A DNA stretch of 64,000 nucleotides. Source: an uncultured Candidatus Saccharibacteria bacterium (lineage in GTDB: Bacteria > Patescibacteriota > Minisyncoccia > Phycocordibacterales > UBA12088). Below the pieces are notes generated by a model. It did no database searches and was not told where the DNA came from. It saw only the letters and a program-made list of their open reading frames with translations. A program made the position numbers and the translations under genes. Within the stretch, counting starts at the first letter, position 1; the number at the start of each line of letters is the position of its first letter. Of the stretch, positions 19,903-28,946 are shown one piece after another. The stretch spans positions 7,687 through 71,686 of the forward strand of contig CAYPBQ010000004.1 in assembly GCA_964409035.1 (NCBI GenBank). The letters run 5' to 3'.

Positions 19903-22068
19903 ATGACTATAAAAGATGCACTGCGTTATACGCTTATTGCCGGTACCTTTTTGGTGCCTTTTATTCCGCTTATTGTTAGTGAGTCGATGTTTTTCCCTTA
20001 TATCACTGGGAAGGGATTTTCATTCAGAATACTAGTTGAGGTTCTCTTTGGTGTCTGGGCAGTGCTTGCCATTATGGAGCCGGCGTATCGTCCTAAGTTT
20101 TCATGGCTTCTTGCTTCACTTGCCATGTTTGTGGGGTGGATATTTGTCGCGGATCTATTTAGCCCAAATGTATTTAAGAGCTTCTTTTCAAACTTTGAGC
20201 GAATGGAGGGATGGATCACGCTGTTCCACCTGCTTCTGTACTTTGTGATAACAATAAGCGTACTCACTACCGAACGCTTGTGGTATTGGTTTTGGCATAT
20301 CTCAATCGCGGTTGCTGCGGTGATTGGTATACAGGGCATGCTCGAGATACGAGAATATCTATTTAATGGAGTAGGTGGATCACGTATTGATGTTACTCTT
20401 GGCAATCCTACCTATCTTGCGGTGTACACACTCTTCCATATATTTATTGCAATTCAGTACGCTTTACGAGACGGGCTTAAATGGTTCTACCGTTTGCCAT
20501 ACGGATTCTTTATCCTCTTAATGCTTGTAACGCTCTACTACACTGCAACCCGTGGAGCGATACTAGGATTTTTGGGCGGTATTACTCTCGCGGCGATTAT
20601 TGCAGGATTTCTTTCATCAACAAAGCAGATTCGATATGGCTCAGGGATACTACTTATCACACTTGCGCTTGGTGCGGGGGTATTCTTTATGAACCGCGAC
20701 AGTGCCTTTGTTACGTCCTCACCGGTACTCAATCGTTTCGCTTCTATTTCTCTTACAGACACTACCACCATTTCTCGATTCATGATCTGGAACATGGCGT
20801 ACGAAGGCTTTAAGGAGAGACCGGTGCTTGGGTGGGGGCAAGAGAGTTTCAACTACGTTTTTAACCAGCACTACAATCCGCTCATGTTTAAGCAAGAGCA
20901 GTGGTTTGATAGGGTGCATAACATTTTCCTAGATTGGCTTATTGCAGGAGGTATATTTGGGTTTGTTCTCTATCTGTCTTTGTTCGGAATCGCTCTCTAC
21001 TATCTATGGTTTTCTAAAAAGGGTGACTTCTCTGTAACAGAGAAAGCGGTGTTCACAGGACTACTTGGCGCCTACATGGTGCACAACATCTTTGTGTTTG
21101 ATAACCTCATAAGCTATGTGTTCTTTGTAAGTTTACTTGCATACCTACACGTGCGTAGCACTAAAGATGAGCCAGTGATCTTTGCTGAAAAGAGAGTGAG
21201 CGAACAGACCGTCTATACAATAGTAGCTCCGGCGGTATTTGTGATTACGGTGGTATGTGTATACGCGCTTAATGTTCCAGGTATTCAAACTGCAAAGCTG
21301 CTTATTGATACTTACTCTCCGCAAGAGGGTGGTGTGCTAGTTAATCTTGCAATGTACGAGCAGGCATACGCAAAAAATAGTGTAGGAAAACAAGAGACGG
21401 CTGAGCAAGTAATTCAGGCAGCACTACAGGTAATAAGTGCTGATACAGTGAGTAGCGAAGAGAAGCAGAAGTTTTCTGCTGGTGCGGTCGCAATACTTCA
21501 ATCTGAAATTGATCAGTACCCTGATGATGCGCGACTCCAACTTTTCTTAGGTACATTCCTTAATGGCGCAGGTCAGCCAGGCGAAGCAAGCGAGTCACTA
21601 TTAAGAGCATTAGAGCTTTCTCCAAAGAAGCAGACAATATATTACGAGCTAGGACTTGCAAGTATTAATGGTGGTGACACCAAGAAAGGTGTTGAGTACA
21701 TGAAGGCAGCATTTGACCTTGCTCCTTCAAATGAACAGGCAGCGGTCTTTTATGCAGTTGCGTTAATCTATGACGACAGACTTGCTGAGGCAAAGGCCTT
21801 TCTCACTGAACAGGTGGGTACGCATATACTTGATAACAACACACTCTTAACTAGTTATTACAATGCCAAGGACATGCCATCAGTTGTAGCTATTTGGGAG
21901 CTACGGGCATCAACCGATAATGAATCACTTCTTGGATTAGCTGCAGCATATCTAAATAGTGGAGACAAGAAAAAGGCTCGAGAGACACTAGTAAGAATGC
22001 AGGCAGCGTTTCCTGATAGGGCAGAAGAAATAACCGCGTATCTTGCTGAAGTTGATGCAATGAAGTAA
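19903..22068 (+). CDS. O-antigen ligase/O-oligosaccharyltransferase (Wzy_C) with C-terminal TPRs
   Basis: TLGNPTYLA, TATRGA, RFMIW...RPVLGWG.E.F, DRVHNIFLD; helical TPR-like tail. Confidence 0.85.
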   Translation: MTIKDALRYTLIAGTFLVPFIPLIVSESMFFPYITGKGFSFRILVEVLFGVWAVLAIMEPAYRPKFSWLLASLAMFVGWIFVADLFSPNVFKSFFSNFERMEGWITLFHLLLYFVITISVLTTERLWYWFWHISIAVAAVIGIQGMLEIREYLFNGVGGSRIDVTLGNPTYLAVYTLFHIFIAIQYALRDGLKWFYRLPYGFFILLMLVTLYYTATRGAILGFLGGITLAAIIAGFLSSTKQIRYGSGILLITLALGAGVFFMNRDSAFVTSSPVLNRFASISLTDTTTISRFMIWNMAYEGFKERPVLGWGQESFNYVFNQHYNPLMFKQEQWFDRVHNIFLDWLIAGGIFGFVLYLSLFGIALYYLWFSKKGDFSVTEKAVFTGLLGAYMVHNIFVFDNLISYVFFVSLLAYLHVRSTKDEPVIFAEKRVSEQTVYTIVAPAVFVITVVCVYALNVPGIQTAKLLIDTYSPQEGGVLVNLAMYEQAYAKNSVGKQETAEQVIQAALQVISADTVSSEEKQKFSAGAVAILQSEIDQYPDDARLQLFLGTFLNGAGQPGEASESLLRALELSPKKQTIYYELGLASINGGDTKKGVEYMKAAFDLAPSNEQAAVFYAVALIYDDRLAEAKAFLTEQVGTHILDNNTLLTSYYNAKDMPSVVAIWELRASTDNESLLGLAAAYLNSGDKKKARETLVRMQAAFPDRAEEITAYLAEVDAMK

Positions 22069-22096
22069 TTGACAAAAGATACTTATTTGCTATAAT
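22069..22096 (+). promoter_or_regulatory. Consensus sigma70 promoter
   Basis: TTGACA (22069-74), 16 bp spacer, TATAAT (22091-96) with upstream TG. Confidence 0.75.
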
Positions 22097-22101
22097 AGTT
22101 T

Positions 22102-22174
22102 TGTGAGTGCCTCGAAAGTTGTGAGGCTTCCAAGAAAATCTACGAAAACGCCCCCTCGGGGGCTTTTTCGTTTT
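22102..22174 (+). ncRNA. Candidate ~70-nt small RNA
   Basis: Lies between a perfect promoter and an intrinsic terminator. GCCTC/GAGGC hairpin, no credible ORF. Confidence 0.4.
22142..22174 (+). terminator. Intrinsic terminator
   Basis: ACGAAAACGCCCC-ctcg-GGGGCTTTTTCGTTTT. Confidence 0.7.
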
Positions 22175-22223
22175 ATGGCTCGCATAGCTAGTAGCTAATA
22201 GACATGTGCGATACACTCTCTTT

Positions 22224-22505
22224 ATGGCGGTTACTCAAAATAATGATGTCCAATTTGATGAGGGAGGGGATGCTAATCCTCTTTTTAATAACCATGGTTC
22301 AGGAATGGTTACTCTTTTGATGCGCTACTCATATGGGCGCATCAGTACACCCTCGCAAGCGTCACTGGTGCTTTTATTGATGAGTGTCTGCTTTATTGTT
22401 GTATCGCTATGGATTGCTTTTGCAAATTCTAAACAAGCAGAGTATGAACCGGTCCCTGTAACGGGAGGGGTGAGTGGTGATGTAAACTGGCCACCAGTAC
22501 GGTAG
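22224..22505 (+). CDS. Small single-TM hypothetical protein
   Basis: One hydrophobic helix; -10-like TACACT 6 nt before the ATG. Confidence 0.6.
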   Translation: MAVTQNNDVQFDEGGDANPLFNNHGSGMVTLLMRYSYGRISTPSQASLVLLLMSVCFIVVSLWIAFANSKQAEYEPVPVTGGVSGDVNWPPVR

Positions 22506-22525
22506 TGGCTATTGCAGACTGATAT

Positions 22526-23104
22526 ATGCGTTCTCAAAAAAACCAAAAAGGATTTACCCTCATCGAGTTACTCGTCGTGATTGCAATTATTGGACTACTC
22601 TCGAGTGTTGTCTTTGCGAGTCTACAATCAGCGCGTGAGAAAGGGAAGATTGCACAGGTAATTAGCAACGTAAAGTCTGTGGTGCTTGCGATTGAGTTGT
22701 ATCGTGATGATATGGGCTTTTATCCACCTGATGTGAGCCGTGGGTGGGATCCTGGAGTTACGAACCCCATGCCATATAACCCTGATACTGGCGCGACAGA
22801 AATACCGGTGTGTAATCATTGCCCAGATAATTGGACCAGTATTGTTGCCGAGAGGTGGAAAGGCCCGTACCTCCCTTCATGGCCAAAGACACCGTGGGGT
22901 GGAACATTCGACTTCAACTATTGGGCAATCGGGTCTACTCGCTATGGATGTGTCCTTCCTCCTGGTGTATATATCGGCGCGCAGCGCGATGTGGCAGATG
23001 TAAACCCAGTGAGTGTTGAAGCTGAACAAATGATGCTTGACCAAGGTTTTGATGGTGACGGGTGCCTTAATGGAGAGGTGCAAATACGTCTCTTCCCCTT
23101 GTAG
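22526..23104 (+). CDS. Type IV pilin / PulG-like prepilin (P1)
   Basis: KG|FTLIELLVVIAIIGLLSSVVFASL class III signal; WKGPYL..WPKTPWG GspG-like motif. Confidence 0.9.
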   Translation: MRSQKNQKGFTLIELLVVIAIIGLLSSVVFASLQSAREKGKIAQVISNVKSVVLAIELYRDDMGFYPPDVSRGWDPGVTNPMPYNPDTGATEIPVCNHCPDNWTSIVAERWKGPYLPSWPKTPWGGTFDFNYWAIGSTRYGCVLPPGVYIGAQRDVADVNPVSVEAEQMMLDQGFDGDGCLNGEVQIRLFPL

Positions 23105-23152
23105 GGGGCGTGTATTGTCCGTGGTGTATGTGCGGTGCTAATATACGCATAC

Positions 23153-25567
23153 ATGTTGGGTGTGGCACACATACGGCTCGCCTTTATTTTTCTCCTCAGT
23201 GGACTTGTCTTTTTTGTGCCGGCTACTAGTTTTGCTGCGGGGCTTGAGCTTGTGTCTGTGCGGACGGGTGGCAAGGTAATACATGATGGAGATGTAGTAA
23301 TTCCTGAAGATTTTTTGCAGACAAGTGATTCTTGGCAGTTTGTTGTCTCTTCTGATTCTACGGTGAGATTTCCTGACGGTGGTATTGGTGTTTTTAAGGG
23401 GGTCTTTGGTAATACTGACCCTGCCTATTCTGGTTTTGGATTTAAGGGATGGTCTGCAGGAGAGAGTGTGCCTGTATCAAACAGATTTTTAGCAATGAAA
23501 AATGCGCCATTTGGTACGTATACGGTATTGCTCTCTAAGCCACACCCTTCAATGCTAAATCAGGCATATCAGTGGTTTACCTCAGGAGGAATTAGTGGCG
23601 CAGAGCCCATATACGACACACTCACTTTTACGTATGCCCCAACCCGGATCGAGGAGTGCTGCTCAAATGTATTTTTTATCCCTGGTATCTCAGGGAGTGA
23701 TTTATACGTGCAAGACAGTGACGATCAGCTGTGGCCACCTCAATTATTTGTAGGGAACTATGACTCTTCAGAACTCAGAATGAATAATGACGGTACAAGT
23801 AAAAAGGATATCTACACAAAGGAGGTGATTGCGAGTGCGGGGACGTCGCATTTTTATACGCAGTTTTTCGCGTCGCTTGATGAACTTAGAGAGAGTAGAG
23901 AGATTAATGAGTGGCACGCGCAGCCATATGATTGGCGACTAGATATTGAGACTATTGCTCGTGGAGTAATAAATACAAAGGACGGCGGTACCACAATGGT
24001 AGAAGAACTAGAGCGCCTTGCTGCCACATCACAAACAGGAAAGGTAACCATTGTCGCCCACTCAATGGGAGGGTTGATAGGAAAGCTTCTTATTGATGAG
24101 CTAGTTAGACAAGGCAAAGAGCATCTTGTCGATAAATTTGTAACAGTGGGTACGCCAGAGGCGGGTACACCAAGCGCGGTGGGTACACTTCTTCATGGTC
24201 ATGGACAACGATTTTTCTTCGGGCTTGCTCTTAGCGAACCGTACGCCCGTGAGGCAATACAAAATATGGTGAGCGCGCACGTACTTCTTCCGTCGCGTGC
24301 ATACTTTACTAATGGAGGGGCAAGTACAGTGCAGATACTTCCACATAATCAGAAACTTTCGACATGGAAGTTGGCATATGGTGAGAACATTACTTCGCGA
24401 GAATCACTCGAGACATTTCTGACCGATAGCCACGGACTCAGGAACCTACCTGTATTTGATGACATACAAACACCAACAACGTTGCATCAAGGATTGTTAA
24501 CTCGCGCGCAAAACCTTCATGATGTACTTGATTCTTGGACTGCGCCTGATGATATTGAGGTGACTACTGTGGTGGGGTGGGGTATGCCCACCATTGAGGG
24601 TATTACATATGAAGGGGAGCCACCATCAAATGAAGCTATACGATACAGTCCACAAATTACTTTCGATGGGGATGGTACGGTGGTGGGGGATAGTAGCAAT
24701 AACGTGACATATTATTTTAATATTTTTGGGTTTAATGATGATGAAAAGACGAATTACAGTCATGCAGATATTTTTGAGTCTAGTAAAATTTTTTCATTAA
24801 TAAAAAATATAATTCGAAGTGAAGACTTACCAATTATATTTATAGGTAAAAATAAGCCATTACCCTCCTCTATCCCTAAAAACACCCTCATAGGTGTCCA
24901 TTCACCAATATCTATTGCTGCGACAAATAACAGTGGGCAATATGTTGGCAAACATATCCATACTTCCGAGGTTGTTTCTTATATAGAAGATATTCCAAAT
25001 AGTGCCTATCTTGAAGTGGGGGACGCTAAGTATGTGGTACTTCCAACTGGCGAGGAATACCACCTAGAGTTAAGTGGTACAGGAAGTGGTACTTTTTCAC
25101 TATCATTTGATGCTGTTACTGAAGCTGGGGTGGTAAAGGGAAAAAACTACCCAGACATCCCCATATCTATAAATACTGATGCCAAGGTAACTATCGCCCC
25201 TGATGGCACCCTTACTTCATTTTTGGTGGATACTGAAGGTGATGGAAATTATGAAAAAGATATACTCGCAAGTATACCCACGCCAAATGAGGGGCATCGT
25301 GACCCAGAAGCTATCATGGCAGATATAACCGCTATGGCACCCACACTCCCTATATCACGCTACTATCAGATGGTATTTTTGCACAAGCTTTACTACGCAC
25401 GGCGATACATTGCCATGAATAGGCCGTATACCGCATCTATAGTTATTAATGGTGGATACAAGATAATGAAAAAGCGCACCATGGGAACATGGGCAAGTCC
25501 TGAGATGAATGCATTTAGAGGACTGTATAAAGAGCTTTATGAAAGTTTAAGAAGTAGGATAAAATAA
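23153..25567 (+). CDS. Secreted LCAT/PGAP1-like alpha/beta hydrolase (putative phospholipase)
   Basis: Signal peptide, FIPGISGS oxyanion motif, PYDWR, AHSMGG nucleophile, GTP..G, GDGTV, His in YSHADI. Confidence 0.82.
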   Translation: MLGVAHIRLAFIFLLSGLVFFVPATSFAAGLELVSVRTGGKVIHDGDVVIPEDFLQTSDSWQFVVSSDSTVRFPDGGIGVFKGVFGNTDPAYSGFGFKGWSAGESVPVSNRFLAMKNAPFGTYTVLLSKPHPSMLNQAYQWFTSGGISGAEPIYDTLTFTYAPTRIEECCSNVFFIPGISGSDLYVQDSDDQLWPPQLFVGNYDSSELRMNNDGTSKKDIYTKEVIASAGTSHFYTQFFASLDELRESREINEWHAQPYDWRLDIETIARGVINTKDGGTTMVEELERLAATSQTGKVTIVAHSMGGLIGKLLIDELVRQGKEHLVDKFVTVGTPEAGTPSAVGTLLHGHGQRFFFGLALSEPYAREAIQNMVSAHVLLPSRAYFTNGGASTVQILPHNQKLSTWKLAYGENITSRESLETFLTDSHGLRNLPVFDDIQTPTTLHQGLLTRAQNLHDVLDSWTAPDDIEVTTVVGWGMPTIEGITYEGEPPSNEAIRYSPQITFDGDGTVVGDSSNNVTYYFNIFGFNDDEKTNYSHADIFESSKIFSLIKNIIRSEDLPIIFIGKNKPLPSSIPKNTLIGVHSPISIAATNNSGQYVGKHIHTSEVVSYIEDIPNSAYLEVGDAKYVVLPTGEEYHLELSGTGSGTFSLSFDAVTEAGVVKGKNYPDIPISINTDAKVTIAPDGTLTSFLVDTEGDGNYEKDILASIPTPNEGHRDPEAIMADITAMAPTLPISRYYQMVFLHKLYYARRYIAMNRPYTASIVINGGYKIMKKRTMGTWASPEMNAFRGLYKELYESLRSRIK

Positions 25568-26217
25568 TAGTATGGACAATCTGATACAAAAAATAGCATT
25601 CATGGTGGTAGGAGCAGTGCTTTTATTTACTAGCTATGTGTTGTGGAGTCCTGGGACGTTTGGGTTGTGTGAGGAGCCAGTTAGGCTCGTTGAGCATAAT
25701 ATTTTCGGCACAGTTGAGAGGTGTGAAATTGGATTTAACATAGATTCAAGTATTAAAATAATTCTTGAATACATCGGACTGGTATTTGTGGTAGCAAGTT
25801 CGTTTTCTTTTTTTCTAAATTTTTCCCAATTTAAGGTCTTCATTAGCTCGTTTTTTATTGGGTTAATGCTTGTATTGTCTTTTATTTTCTTTTTCCCGGA
25901 TTTCGATGTTATGTACGGGGCTACTTATGACGTGAAGGATCGCTCGGCATCAGGTGCCTTAGTTTTGGCTATCTACACAGTTATTGTTTATTTGCATGCT
26001 CTAATAAGGGCAAAAACTCGTGATTTAAAGTAAGTGTTCACTTGTGTCCATGCAACTTTTACATTGAAAAGTAAAATAATAGTATGGACAATCTGATACA
26101 AAAAATAGCATTCATGGTGGTAGGAGCAGTGCTTTTATTTACTAGCTATGTGTTGTGGAGTCCTGGGACGTTTGGGTTGTGTGAGGAGCCAGTTAGGCTC
26201 GTTGAGCATAATATTTT
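25560..26217 (+). repeat. 146-bp exact direct repeat (25560-25705 = 26072-26217)
   Basis: Base-by-base identity covering 12 nt upstream plus the first ~45 codons of two paralogues. Confidence 0.9.
25572..26033 (+). CDS. 4-TM membrane protein, paralogue 1 (candidate immunity protein)
   Basis: Starts 4 nt after the lipase stop. AT-rich, Cys pair in the loop, has a paralogue downstream. Confidence 0.75.
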   Translation: MDNLIQKIAFMVVGAVLLFTSYVLWSPGTFGLCEEPVRLVEHNIFGTVERCEIGFNIDSSIKIILEYIGLVFVVASSFSFFLNFSQFKVFISSFFIGLMLVLSFIFFFPDFDVMYGATYDVKDRSASGALVLAIYTVIVYLHALIRAKTRDLK

Positions 26218-26548
26218 TGGTCAAATTGAAAGATGTACTCTGATATCAGCATCCGAGGTGCACAAATTTGCTGGAGTTGCTGAAAATATTGCTTTCATCA
26301 TAATAATATTTTTTACTTTCTCTTTCCTTTTCAACTCAACGCAATTTAGAATTTTTAGAAATCTATTTTTGATTGGATTAGTTGCAACTATATTATTTAT
26401 ATACTTCTTCCCAAATTTTGATGTTGCATTTGGTTCAACATTTGAAATAACACACCGAACAAGGGTGGGTTCATATGCGCTTGCGGTATATTCTGCAGTT
26501 GGATACATATATGCCCTTATAAAAGGAAGAGCTCAAAAAGCGAGTTAA
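26084..26548 (+). CDS. 4-TM membrane protein, paralogue 2 (candidate immunity protein)
   Basis: First 46 aa identical to paralogue 1; the rest is diverged but alignable (FP.FDV..G.T). Confidence 0.75.
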   Translation: MDNLIQKIAFMVVGAVLLFTSYVLWSPGTFGLCEEPVRLVEHNIFGQIERCTLISASEVHKFAGVAENIAFIIIIFFTFSFLFNSTQFRIFRNLFLIGLVATILFIYFFPNFDVAFGSTFEITHRTRVGSYALAVYSAVGYIYALIKGRAQKAS

Positions 26549-26949
26549 CGCTTTCTGAGCTCAAGTAGCACCGCCTCACCTTCGTAAACTTCAATAGGTG
26601 TTACCAACAATAGAGATTCTCTAACTACTCTATCAGTGCAACCGCTATCAACTAGTTGTTGCAATGCATCACAATTTGCTCTCAAGTTTTGGTGTAATTT
26701 TACCAAATGCTCTAATATTCTTTGTCGTAATACGATACGAATAGCAGCACAAATTTGTGGAGTCTTACAACACATAGTGAGCCATTTGTGCCAGGCATCG
26801 TCCAGTGCCTCAGCTCCGCTTATCTTGCTTCCGATACTGGATATTATTGTTCTAGAATCCCCCTTCTTAGCAGCAGTAATTTCATTCTCGAGTATGCTAT
26901 TCATTGCAATGAGTTTCTGAAAGAGTGTAAGCGCAATTTCCTCACTCAT
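26545..26949 (-). CDS. Hypothetical protein
   Basis: 134-aa ORF with ATG start, convergent and overlapping paralogue 2 by 4 nt. Confidence 0.5.
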   Translation of the reverse strand: MSEEIALTLFQKLIAMNSILENEITAAKKGDSRTIISSIGSKISGAEALDDAWHKWLTMCCKTPQICAAIRIVLRQRILEHLVKLHQNLRANCDALQQLVDSGCTDRVVRESLLLVTPIEVYEGEAVLLELRKR

Positions 26950-27082
26950 CGCAACCCCCAGTTATTAGACCCAACACAGATTACCTGATTTTTTGAAATT
27001 TAGAAGAGGTGAATTGTTGGCTTGCGTGCTTTTAAAAAAGTGGTTCACTTGAGGTAGCATCCCCTAACAGTGGAGGGTTCCC

Positions 27083-27301
27083 ATGCCTGCTACTGCAGTT
27101 CATACAGTTATCAAGCGCCATGCCCAACTTGAGTTTGAAGCTGCAAACAGCAATGTATCCCAAACTCCGCCGGTATACATGAATCATCCCGGTACGTACT
27201 GCATTATTGAGTATTATATTAATCTCTGGCGTACTGCACTCGGTCTTGCGAGTATTTTCAATCGCCATCTTGAACAAATAGGAAAAACATGGCGTATCTG
27301 A
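27083..27301 (+). CDS. Possible small hypothetical protein
   Basis: 72-aa ORF preceded by GGAGG; no homology recognised. Confidence 0.3.
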   Translation: MPATAVHTVIKRHAQLEFEAANSNVSQTPPVYMNHPGTYCIIEYYINLWRTALGLASIFNRHLEQIGKTWRI

Positions 27302-27497
27302 AATTGGGCCAGAAGTAGTACACGTACTACTTCTGGCCTCCTTGCTTTTTGGATAGTAATAATCCTTGATAACATTTGGTTGCAACTTTACTCATATCCG
27401 TTACTATAGATACGTTCTTAACAGGTACGGGGGGCGGTGGCACTCACATAGATTTTCACTTGGAGCTCGCTCCCGCTCCCCATATCTTTTCGGAACT

Positions 27498-28526
27498 ATG
27501 GACTTGAGAGAATACATATCACTTAGAGAATACTCTACATTTAAGACAGGCGGCAACGCCCGCTTTTTTGTTTCTGCTACTAGTATTGATGTGGTGCGTG
27601 AGGCAGTTGCATTTGCGAACTCCAAATCACTTCCATGGATCCTTCTCTCTGGGGGTTCAAATGTGCTGTTCGATGACAAAGGATTTGATGGGTTGGTCAT
27701 TCATATACAAATAAAGGGTATACATCTTGAACAAGGTGTAGGTGATACCGTTTTGCTCCATGCGGGTGCTGCCGAAGAGTGGGATTCTCTTGTTGTATAT
27801 GCGGTCGATCACGATTTGTGGGGATTAGAAAATCTCTCCGGTATACCTGGATACGTTGGTGCATCACTCGTACAAAATATTGGTGCGTATGGAGCAGAAG
27901 TTAAAGATGTATTTATGTGCGCGCATGTACTCGACACCAAACTAAATGAAGTGCGTACTGTAACCATAAAGGATGCTGACTTTGGTTATCGTCATAGTAT
28001 GTTTCAGCATAACGAGCATCTAGTTATCACTCATGTTACTTTCAAACTCTCTACTGTAGGTACACCACAACTCTCATATAAAGACCTTGCGCAGAGTGTG
28101 CTCACTGCACAATCTTCTGCGCGTGAGGTGCGAGATACAGTGCTAACGATACGGGCCAACAAGTTTCCACCGCTTACCATCTATGGCACTGCGGGGTCAT
28201 TTTTCAAAAACCCTCATATTACCCACGAGGCGTATGCTCACCTTAGAGAGCGGTACCCCCTAATTCCTGGCTATATAGAAGGGGATTTAGTAAAGGTACC
28301 TCTTGCCTGGATATTGGACAATGTACTAAATTTGAAAGGATACAAGCAAGGACATGCATCGTTATACGAACGACAGCCGCTTGTTATGGTTGCAGATGTT
28401 GGCGCGACAACACATGAAGTGCTCACACTTGCTGATGACATAATTAAAAAAGTTTTTGATGTTACTGCAATCACCATCACACCAGAGGTAACTATCATCA
28501 CTACATCGCATAAGAAAAAATTTTAA
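27498..28526 (+). CDS. murB: UDP-N-acetylenolpyruvoylglucosamine reductase
   Basis: STFKTGGNA, GGSNVLF, GLENLSGIPG, QNIGAYGAE, FGYRHSMF, GTAGSFFKNP. Confidence 0.95.
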   Translation: MDLREYISLREYSTFKTGGNARFFVSATSIDVVREAVAFANSKSLPWILLSGGSNVLFDDKGFDGLVIHIQIKGIHLEQGVGDTVLLHAGAAEEWDSLVVYAVDHDLWGLENLSGIPGYVGASLVQNIGAYGAEVKDVFMCAHVLDTKLNEVRTVTIKDADFGYRHSMFQHNEHLVITHVTFKLSTVGTPQLSYKDLAQSVLTAQSSAREVRDTVLTIRANKFPPLTIYGTAGSFFKNPHITHEAYAHLRERYPLIPGYIEGDLVKVPLAWILDNVLNLKGYKQGHASLYERQPLVMVADVGATTHEVLTLADDIIKKVFDVTAITITPEVTIITTSHKKKF

Positions 28527-28589
28527 TACATGACACTGCGTGCAAAATTTTTTGTAACAAGGTGTACATAAAAAATTTGTTAAAAAAAG

Positions 28590-28598
28590 TTATCCACA
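28590..28598 (+). promoter_or_regulatory. DnaA box (TTATCCACA)
   Basis: Perfect consensus in AT-rich intergenic DNA. Confidence 0.45.
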
Positions 28599-28732
28599 CA
28601 AATTGTGTAAATATTATTGTTAGTTACATTGTTGTGCATGATAATTATAACGAGCAGCGATACTATGTAACACAATGTGTTACTGGTCGGATATCGTTCG
28701 CCTTTAATTGGTAAATTTGCATAAAAAAAATC

Positions 28733-28849
28733 ATGCCAGCAAAAAAGAAGCGAGTAGCTAAGAAAGCTACAAAGAAGGTAGCAAAGAAGCGAGTAGCTAA
28801 GAAAGCTACAAAGAAGGTAGCAAAGAAGGCAGCACGCCGCCGCCGATAA
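28733..28849 (+). CDS. 38-aa Lys/Ala-rich histone H1-like / protamine-like peptide (missing from ORF track)
   Basis: MPAKKKRVAKKATKKVAKKRVAKKATKKVAKKAARRRR*. Built from a 39-bp tandem duplication and followed by its own terminator. Confidence 0.75.
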   Translation: MPAKKKRVAKKATKKVAKKRVAKKATKKVAKKAARRRR

Positions 28850-28865
28850 CTCTACTCTCTTGTAG

Positions 28866-28898
28866 AAAACAAAACCCCCACAAGGGGTTTTGTTTTTT
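28866..28898. terminator. Intrinsic (bidirectional-type) terminator
   Basis: AAAACAAAACCCC-cacaa-GGGGTTTTGTTTTTT. Confidence 0.75.
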
Positions 28899-28946
28899 GT
28901 TGTATCTTTGCGACTGCTTGATACAGCACTATGGTAGGGTATATGC

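Noticed and set aside
28745-28828. CRISPR array
   Set aside because: A contiguous in-frame 39-bp tandem with no spacers and no cas genes.
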